NCBI GenBank assembly: GCA_018220955.1
Contig: JAAOXV010000034.1
Coordinates: 1-29,334 of the forward strand
Direction: 5' to 3'
Origin: Candidatus Altiarchaeota archaeon
GTDB taxonomy: Archaea; SpSt-1190
DNA length: 29,334 nucleotides
How positions within the stretch are numbered: the first letter of the stretch is position 1; each line of letters begins with the position of its first letter. The notes below the pieces were generated by a model. It made no database searches. It was not told where the DNA came from and saw only the letters and a list, made by a program, of their open reading frames with translations. This document shows, one piece after another, positions 7,754-14,275 of the stretch. The translations under genes and the position numbers were made by a program.

Positions 7754-8703
7754 TTTATTGTAGCCTCGATAATGACTGGCTTTTCCTCAAGCTCCTTAAA
7801 TCTCATCTGTTTGGTCAGCTCCTTGTATCGGTTTCTGATTGTAACTTCTGTTACACCGGCTACATCCGCCACTTCTCTTTGAGTTTTCTTTTCTCCTGTT
7901 AGCTGAGCAGCTATGTATAGAACTGCTGCAGCCACGCCGGTCGGGCCCCTTCCAGATGAAAGTTCAAGCTCTTTTGCCTTTTTCAAAATTTCAAGTGATT
8001 TTGTTACTGTGATGCCTGATAGGTTTAGCTGGCTTGCGAATCTAGGGATATAGTCGGCTGGATCAGTCGGCAAAATCCTGATACCAAGCTGGCGAGCAAG
8101 GAATCGGAAGGTCCTACCAATTTCGCGCTTTGGTATATTAGCAACATCCGCTATCTCATCAAGCGTCCTGGGTGTTCCGTGTTCTCTGCAGGCAGTATAA
8201 AGTGAGGCTGCCACAACTGATTCCATGCTTCTTCCCCTGACTAGTTCTTTTGCAACCGCCCGCCTATAGACAAGCGCGGCTGCCTCTTCCACCCCTGGTG
8301 GCAGGTTGAGCTGACTGGTATAGCGTTTCAGCTCAGCTAGTGCATACTTCAGATTTCTCTCTGTTGCAGTACTGATTCTCTGTTGCCATTTTTTGAGTCT
8401 TAGGAATTTAGGCCTTAGTTTTGGCGGCAGCTTGAAAATATCACTGAATCCCATACCTATTTCGGTTGAGATTCCCTTGTCATGTCTGGCTAAACTAATC
8501 GGAGCTCCAGCTCGTCTTCGCTTATTGGCATCACCACTATCAAACTCTCGCCACTCTTGACTAAAATCTATCATGTTCTCTTCTAGTACTGCTCCGCATT
8601 TTTTGCAAACCAATTCGCCTCTAGTAAAATCTTTCATAAGACTTTCAGAATTACATTTAGGACATTTCTTTGTATCACCTGAAGAATGTACGACAAGTGC
8701 CAT
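7750..8703 (-). CDS. tfb: Transcription initiation factor IIB (TFB)
   Basis: N-terminal Zn ribbon CPKC...CKKCG and two cyclin-like repeats (ALVYRRAV..., AAAVLYIAAQL). 317 aa. TATA-like elements (tttataaatgg, ttaatataaaaaac) sit in the 117-nt upstream spacer. Confidence 0.9.
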   Translation of the reverse strand: MALVVHSSGDTKKCPKCNSESLMKDFTRGELVCKKCGAVLEENMIDFSQEWREFDSGDANKRRRAGAPISLARHDKGISTEIGMGFSDIFKLPPKLRPKFLRLKKWQQRISTATERNLKYALAELKRYTSQLNLPPGVEEAAALVYRRAVAKELVRGRSMESVVAASLYTACREHGTPRTLDEIADVANIPKREIGRTFRFLARQLGIRILPTDPADYIPRFASQLNLSGITVTKSLEILKKAKELELSSGRGPTGVAAAVLYIAAQLTGEKKTQREVADVAGVTEVTIRNRYKELTKQMRFKELEEKPVIIEATIK

Positions 8704-8820
8704 TATATCACCTGCAGTATAGAAATTCTTTTAAACATTAGAATCCCCGCACAGTTACCATTTATAAAACTTTGTGTTTTTTATATTAACCCTTGTCCCG
8801 AAGGAGTTTGAACAGTTTGC

Positions 8821-9837
8821 TTAAAAGACCGTGTCGAACATCCACCGAATTGCCTGTGGAAATACTTTTACCAAGAACCTGGATTGGAAATCCATATCAC
8901 CACGTGATTCAAGAACAGGCTTTGTTCTGTTTAGAAATCTGACCATCGCCTCTGGTTTGCGCTTTATTAGCTTGTATCCAAGTCCTTGCAAGAATAGTTC
9001 TTTTGACATCTTTTGTTTCCATAAACGTTCATAGTTTTTCTCGTTCTTGTTTAGAATTGCTTTGGCAGCTGCTTCTGCGGCCGTCATCGCCATTACTACG
9101 CCTCCGCCAGTGGTTGGCTTTACCTGCCCGGCAGAATCACCAACCAACAATATCTTTTTGTCAGCCAGCTCAAAATAGGTTTTCTTTACAGGTCCAGACA
9201 TAATCACAAGACCGGAATATTGTTTGGTTGGTCTGAATCTACCAAACCTCTTGAGTACAAAATCCTTGAGTGGTCTGCAGTCTCTGGCTGCCATCCCGAC
9301 TCTCACACCTTTGTCAATAGGAACTACCCAGCTAAAGAATTCAGAGGCCCAAGCTCCATACCAGAGCTCGACAAAGTTTTGATCAAGTCGCTCTTTTAGA
9401 TCAAATTGCAGAGCCGGCAAGAAACCCAGCTTCTGACCCATGTCAAATCTTGTTTTAGATGTTGACCCATCTGCTGCTATGATAGTCCCAGTCAAATCTC
9501 TCCAATTTGTTGAACAACCGACCTTAATATCTGCTCCAGCAGATGCTGCCATATCTGCGAGCTGCCTGTCAAAGCTCGGCCTATCAATAACTGTTGCAAT
9601 GCCTTTTTTTTCGAGCCGAACTTTTTCTTGTCCAGCTATAATTATAGCACCATCAATTTTGTTCAGGATTTTATCAGGCTTTACAAAGCTGTTGAGCCTG
9701 TTTGATATAAGTCCGGTACAATGATTTGGTTCGCCTATTTTTTTGGATTTTTCATATATCTGAACCTTTTCTCCAGCTTGTGCCAGCTTTAACCCAGCCC
9801 ATAATCCAGCTGGTCCAGCTCCAATAATGTTGGCCAC
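8821..9837 (-). CDS. Geranylgeranyl reductase-family FAD-dependent oxidoreductase
   Basis: N-terminal IIGAGPAGLWAG Rossmann FAD motif, CTGLIS, and the C-terminal GDSAGQVKPTTGGGV motif typical of GGR/DGGGP-lipid reductases. 338 aa. Confidence 0.75.
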   Translation of the reverse strand: MANIIGAGPAGLWAGLKLAQAGEKVQIYEKSKKIGEPNHCTGLISNRLNSFVKPDKILNKIDGAIIIAGQEKVRLEKKGIATVIDRPSFDRQLADMAASAGADIKVGCSTNWRDLTGTIIAADGSTSKTRFDMGQKLGFLPALQFDLKERLDQNFVELWYGAWASEFFSWVVPIDKGVRVGMAARDCRPLKDFVLKRFGRFRPTKQYSGLVIMSGPVKKTYFELADKKILLVGDSAGQVKPTTGGGVVMAMTAAEAAAKAILNKNEKNYERLWKQKMSKELFLQGLGYKLIKRKPEAMVRFLNRTKPVLESRGDMDFQSRFLVKVFPQAIRWMFDTVF

Positions 9838-9887
9838 AATTGACTCGCCTGATTGGATTAATAAAGATTTAAAGGACTGACCCAGCT

Positions 9888-10802
9888 TTGGAAGTGATGT
9901 TGATTATCATAGAAGGGCTTGGTTCACCGGCTGTGTTTGATTTAGCTCGGATGCCGGTTTTTGAAAGACTGGGTGAGCTTGGAGTGAGTGGTGTGATAAA
10001 AACAGGTTGGACTAAGCTCAATAATGGTGAGATGCTTTGGAGACTGCTTGGACTCGATGGTTTTCCAGGAATGGGTCCTGTTCTGGCATCCTCATATGGA
10101 GTCAGTCTTGGAAAGCGCTCTGCCGCACAGCTCAGATTTTGTGAAATAAAAAAAACAGATAAGGGTACAGAGTGTTTGTTCTTGACCGATAGAGAAGCTG
10201 AGGGTAAATATATTCTTGCTGGGAGAACACTCGAGATAATTGGTGAGCATGAGCCAATTCTAGTGTATGATGGTTCAACACGGATAAGTGAGAATTGGTG
10301 TGAACCAGGCGAGCTAATAAACAAGCCAGAGCCGCTTTCAAAGGATGCAAAGACCAGCACAAAATTACTCAGGACTTTCTCAAACAAGCTTTTTGAGCAA
10401 AAAGGACTTTGGCCGGTCTTTCGCGGATTCGGAAAGTTCTCAAAATTCCCGCGGCTTGATGGCACACTAGTGTCAAAATCAAGAACTGCTTTGGGAGTTG
10501 CAAAGCTGGTTAACCTTAAAACCACTAGCTCACTTGAATCAACCAGCGACGACAGTCTGCGAATAGTTTATTATTCAAAAAAATGGAAGAATCAAGCTGA
10601 GAAAAAGAAATTCTTGGAAAATCTTGACAAATCGCTTCTGCATCTTATTAGTCAGTCTGAAAAAGAAACCATAGCAATAACAGGAACTCAGGAAGAATCA
10701 GGTTTTCCAGTTCCATACGCAATTGCAGGACCGAACTCGTTTAAAGGAAAAATAAATCTTGAGCTCCACGAGTTCATGCAGGCATTAAACGAGCATAGAT
10801 AA
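9888..10802 (+). CDS. Metalloenzyme-superfamily protein related to archaeal cofactor-independent phosphoglycerate mutase (aPGM), short and with substituted metal ligands
   Basis: LIIIEGLGSPAV resembles the aPGM N-terminus LIIIDGLGDRP. The C-terminal ITGTQEESGFPVPYAIAGP resembles LTGDHSTP..DPIPIVIWG, but the DH/DHS metal-binding residues are replaced by TQ/EES. 304 aa versus about 410 for aPGM. The overlapping minus ORF (9869-10525) is low-complexity. Confidence 0.35.
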   Translation: MEVMLIIIEGLGSPAVFDLARMPVFERLGELGVSGVIKTGWTKLNNGEMLWRLLGLDGFPGMGPVLASSYGVSLGKRSAAQLRFCEIKKTDKGTECLFLTDREAEGKYILAGRTLEIIGEHEPILVYDGSTRISENWCEPGELINKPEPLSKDAKTSTKLLRTFSNKLFEQKGLWPVFRGFGKFSKFPRLDGTLVSKSRTALGVAKLVNLKTTSSLESTSDDSLRIVYYSKKWKNQAEKKKFLENLDKSLLHLISQSEKETIAITGTQEESGFPVPYAIAGPNSFKGKINLELHEFMQALNEHR

Positions 10803-11540
10803 GCAGGCCAAAAGGAACATGAACAAGACGGCCTTGAGTATTCTTTTTGCATACTTGAATCTATCGATTATAGAGAAGTAGAGTGAAAAACAAATCATTG
10901 CAAATGAGAACGAGAAATAAAATGCGTATGAAACATCACCATAGATAAGTGGCAGAAAACCCCAGATTGACATTAGAACCAGCATCAACTGTGCAACCAT
11001 TTTTGTTCGTTTCTCACCTATAATCTGTCTGAGCGTGTTTTGCTCAACTGAATATGGATGCGCTAGCTCGCTAAGTAAGAAGTATGATAAAATCAAGAGT
11101 AGCACAAACCAGAAAATTGCAAAGCTGATTGAATGGGTTGAGACGACCAATACAAAGGATGCAATAGCTATGGCTGAGATAAACTGACCGAGAAACTTCC
11201 AGCTCCATCTGATATGAGTGGCATACAGCACAAGTACAGCCTCTATCAAAAAGATTGGATACAGTATGTCATAGTTAATTGATAGTGCAAGCGAGACCAA
11301 TAGCAATCCAAAGCTAAGCTTGATTGTTGTGTTTTTGTCAAGCTTGCCAGCAGGGATGGATTTGTCCTGTCTGTATAGCTTGTCAGACTCAGCTCCAAAA
11401 TACTCGTTTAATCCACTTGCCCCCATTAGTCCAAAAAAGAACGGCAAAAATACTAGCGGTTCGCCAGCTGACAAGATGGCAGGAACAACTGATAAAAGAG
11501 AAATCATCAATGATTCCAAAACTCTGAATGTCTTGATCAT
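10785..11540 (-). CDS. UbiA-superfamily prenyltransferase-like polytopic membrane protein (divergent)
   Basis: 251 aa with 7-8 TM helices. LNEYFGAESDKLYRQDKSIPAGKL resembles the DGGGP-synthase/UbiA motif NDYFDxxxDxxxRxxRPxPxG, but its acidic residues are partly replaced. Confidence 0.4.
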   Translation of the reverse strand: MIKTFRVLESLMISLLSVVPAILSAGEPLVFLPFFFGLMGASGLNEYFGAESDKLYRQDKSIPAGKLDKNTTIKLSFGLLLVSLALSINYDILYPIFLIEAVLVLYATHIRWSWKFLGQFISAIAIASFVLVVSTHSISFAIFWFVLLLILSYFLLSELAHPYSVEQNTLRQIIGEKRTKMVAQLMLVLMSIWGFLPLIYGDVSYAFYFSFSFAMICFSLYFSIIDRFKYAKRILKAVLFMFLLACLSMLV

Positions 11541-11710
11541 TTACCCTTACCTTTTCGGGCGCGCTTCTTTGGTCTCAAACCTTTGTATCCACATTTGCGA
11601 CACTTGATTTTGCGTGCTTTAATTTTTGAAGGTTCTGCCCTGATGCTGGCATTGCATTTCATGCAAATATATACTCTATCAAACAGTCTTTGTATTGCTG
11701 GGTCGCTCAC
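11537..11710 (-). CDS. rpl40e: 50S ribosomal protein eL40 (L40e)
   Basis: Hand-translated. ...SDPAIQRLFDRVYICMKCNASIRAEPSKIKARKIKCRKCGYKGLRPKKRARKGKGK* matches the L40e pattern (ICMKCNARN...CRKCGY..LRPK). There is no in-frame ATG upstream of the conserved N-terminus. The likely start is GTG (11710) or TTG (11731). The stop overlaps the next gene's start (ATGA). Confidence 0.7.
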   Translation of the reverse strand: MSDPAIQRLFDRVYICMKCNASIRAEPSKIKARKIKCRKCGYKGLRPKKRARKGKGK

Positions 11711-11732
11711 AAAAGATTTTTTCTTCTTTAAT

Positions 11733-12206
11733 TTATAACCTTTCCTTCTGGATGTCTATAAGCTCAACTTCGGTTTTTGCCCGGCTATATGCGACCAATC
11801 TTTCTTTGTTTAGTTCAAGAAAGTGAGGCCCCCACTTGAATTTGCTCATTACTAGCTCAGCTTGCTTTGGTTCACCAAGTATCCATAGCCCTGCTGCAAG
11901 TGCTTCTGCAGTACTTAGCTTCATTGGTTTTCCATAATTGATTGGATTGGCGGCTACGAGAAAAGGCAGCTTTCTGGCTGGACTATGTTTGAGAAAAGAC
12001 CTGAGCAGGTTCCAGCTTACATCAAGTGCAGTCAGCTCAGTCAAGCTATCGGCTGGGCTCAGAAACTTTTCAGCGAATGGGTTGAGCAATACACCAACCG
12101 GCTTGTCTATCAGCTCAACCAGTCCGAACTTGGCAAGTCTCATAGCAGTGCACTTTTTTGGGTCATCTTCACCATGTCTTATCACAAACAGTTCAACCAT
12201 GCTCAA
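11733..12206 (-). CDS. tsr3: 16S rRNA aminocarboxypropyltransferase Tsr3 (DUF367)
   Basis: HGEDDPKKCTAMRLAK matches the Tsr3 N-terminal signature. 157 aa, the archaeal size. Confidence 0.75.
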   Translation of the reverse strand: MSMVELFVIRHGEDDPKKCTAMRLAKFGLVELIDKPVGVLLNPFAEKFLSPADSLTELTALDVSWNLLRSFLKHSPARKLPFLVAANPINYGKPMKLSTAEALAAGLWILGEPKQAELVMSKFKWGPHFLELNKERLVAYSRAKTEVELIDIQKERL

Positions 12207-13444
12207 ACCTTTATGCTTCCTGTCAGATCAAGCATCGCCCTACCAGGATATTCAATCGCCAACTTCTTTACTGGTTTTCTTATGGTGTCTGGCATAGCTG
12301 AATGAATCATTTTTATTAGTTTTGGATTCAGCAACGGCTTGAGTTGACTGGCCTCCATTGACTGAAACAGCTTTTCACTTTTGACTGTTTTGAATTTGCT
12401 GACCCGTCCATCTTGAACAGATGCCTTATACACCTTTTTGAGCTTCTCTTTTTCATACAATGCCATATAAACGCCATCATCCAACAGCCAGACAAACGCC
12501 CGTTCACTGGTCATTTCAAAAATTATTTTTGGCATGGTTTTTATCTTGTATTTTACAGTCGAAATAGTTTCTTTGTCTATCATCGAGCTGATGATTTCTT
12601 TTTTCAAAATCTTGTGATAAAACTCAACTTTCTTTTCTAGCTTTACCACGAGTTCTGCATTTGGCTTCTTTTCTCCATGTTCTGCATCCTTGTGAGCTTT
12701 GATTACTTCTGCACATATTGTCGGTATCTCAGCTGGAATAGCCCCTTCATCAGCAAACCTCTTTAGTATAATCGGTATTTCTGGTGGTGAGGCCGGTTCT
12801 TTTCCGACCGACATAATATACGCGTTACCCATCCAGGTAACTACTCGATACATTCGTTCAACAATCCATTCTAGATATTGCTCTATTTTTTTCATATAAA
12901 CATCCGAACCCTCAACAGCTTTCATCATGGCCTCCTTGGTTGGTCTGACCTCACCAGATTCAAGCAGCCGCTTGAGTGGTTTAATTATGCCTGCATCATA
13001 TATCGGTTTCATATGCCTAAAGAAATTGTAAATAATGGTATCTCCTTCTTTCAAAAAATCCCAGATTTCAGTGAGAGTGTGAACCTGAACTGTTAGCTTT
13101 TTATCTACTTTCTTTGCCATATCATTTAACATAGCGATTATTTTTTCTTTTAGCTCGCCTGGCACATCACGCTGGGTATCATCTATTATGACCAACATAT
13201 CAATATCAGATGTGGGCCGATAATCATCTCTTGCAAGCGAACCAATAACAGCAATCCCCTTTATCATTCCTCCCAGCTTTTGTCTGGCAATGACTGAAAA
13301 TCGCTCAGCGGCCTTTATTTTCATCCTATAAAAGGTCTTCCTTCGTTTTTTTGCCTTAGATACAAATTTAAGCTTCTCTTCGTGGTTTACTCTTGTTTCT
13401 TTGGCTGGTTTAGCTGTTTTTTTTGCCGCCATGCAAAAACCCAT
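12203..13444 (-). CDS. Pol-beta-superfamily nucleotidyltransferase fused to a HEPN-like helical domain, with a basic N-tail and a 170-aa C-terminal extension of unknown function
   Basis: GSLARDDYRPTSDIDMLVIIDD is the GS...DxD motif, followed by a third acidic region (TVQVHTL). The segment ...PLKRLLESGEVRPTKEAMMKAVEGSDVY... is paralogous to the adjacent 275-aa protein. 413 aa. Confidence 0.6.
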   Translation of the reverse strand: MGFCMAAKKTAKPAKETRVNHEEKLKFVSKAKKRRKTFYRMKIKAAERFSVIARQKLGGMIKGIAVIGSLARDDYRPTSDIDMLVIIDDTQRDVPGELKEKIIAMLNDMAKKVDKKLTVQVHTLTEIWDFLKEGDTIIYNFFRHMKPIYDAGIIKPLKRLLESGEVRPTKEAMMKAVEGSDVYMKKIEQYLEWIVERMYRVVTWMGNAYIMSVGKEPASPPEIPIILKRFADEGAIPAEIPTICAEVIKAHKDAEHGEKKPNAELVVKLEKKVEFYHKILKKEIISSMIDKETISTVKYKIKTMPKIIFEMTSERAFVWLLDDGVYMALYEKEKLKKVYKASVQDGRVSKFKTVKSEKLFQSMEASQLKPLLNPKLIKMIHSAMPDTIRKPVKKLAIEYPGRAMLDLTGSIKV

Positions 13445-14271
13445 TATTCTTGGTTATTAAAGCTATGGGATTTTATTAGCTGGTCTATTTTGGCCACAAA
13501 CGCAGATACCTGCTTGTATAACCTCTCTAGCTCAGCTGGTTCGACTTTTTTCACGTCTCCACGCTCTATTTGTTTCATTAGCTCAAAAACAGCCTCATAT
13601 ACTTTTACATCACTGTCCTCCAGCTTTCCTTGTTGAACAAAACCTTGTCTGAGTAGCTCAGGAACATCCCACGGGCTTCCTGGTACTTGTCCGTGTGCCA
13701 TCAATCCGGCGTGCGCTGCCTCTACTGCAGACCAATAGAGTGCGCTGGCTGCGCCAAGAAAAGCACTGGTATAACCATTTAGATTATAGAACGCCCTACT
13801 CATCGCAGCAGCAGCTGCTTCGTGTGTGGGCCTTATTTTTCCCTGTAAGAGCAACCGCTTGAGTGGTGCAAAAAAACCAAGGTCGGATATCGCAACTCCG
13901 TCACGTAGCATTTGTATGACAAGCGGGTCGCCCCGTCTAGCCGAGTCCCAGAACTGACTGATGGTTACAATATTGATATGAAAACTCTGGTGTTTTTCTT
14001 GGATTGCCTGTATTTCAGACTGGAACGCCATATACAGTGCTTTGTCGAGCGGCGCGAATGAATCATCAACTATCACTGCTATATCAGTATCACTCTCATT
14101 TTTTTCAGTTCTTCTTGAAAATGAGCCAAATACCACAATTGCCTTGATGAAGCTGCCGAACTTTTTTACTATTCTGGCACTGAAACCATATAGTTCCTCT
14201 ATCGACTCCATCCGAATGTCTTTCTTTTTTGCGTCCTTAATCAGCTTTTCCTTTTTTATTATTTTTTCCAT
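13444..14271 (-). CDS. Pol-beta-superfamily nucleotidyltransferase fused to a HEPN-like domain (KNTase-like architecture)
   Basis: GSFSRRTEKNESDTDIAVIVDD is the NTase motif. A C-terminal helical domain (...ALYWSAVEAAHAGLMAHGQVPGSPWDVPELL...) resembles HEPN substrate-binding domains. 275 aa. Its stop overlaps the start of the downstream paralog. Confidence 0.6.
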   Translation of the reverse strand: MEKIIKKEKLIKDAKKKDIRMESIEELYGFSARIVKKFGSFIKAIVVFGSFSRRTEKNESDTDIAVIVDDSFAPLDKALYMAFQSEIQAIQEKHQSFHINIVTISQFWDSARRGDPLVIQMLRDGVAISDLGFFAPLKRLLLQGKIRPTHEAAAAAMSRAFYNLNGYTSAFLGAASALYWSAVEAAHAGLMAHGQVPGSPWDVPELLRQGFVQQGKLEDSDVKVYEAVFELMKQIERGDVKKVEPAELERLYKQVSAFVAKIDQLIKSHSFNNQE

Positions 14272-14275
14272 TTAA

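Noticed and set aside
9869-10525. 218-aa - strand ORF overlapping the aPGM-like + strand gene
   Set aside because: The translation is Ser/Pro-rich and low-complexity. The + strand frame carries family-like motifs at both ends, so it is preferred, although neither frame is certain.
12203-13444. Considered whether the 413-aa nucleotidyltransferase is the archaeal class I CCA-adding enzyme, since none of the tRNAs here encodes CCA
   Set aside because: The motif spacing (GSxARxxxxxxSDIDxxVIIDD with a third acidic element about 35 residues later) and the paralogous HEPN-like segment match the KNTase/MNT-HEPN family. They do not match the head/neck/body architecture of class I CCA enzymes. The CCA enzyme is presumably encoded elsewhere.
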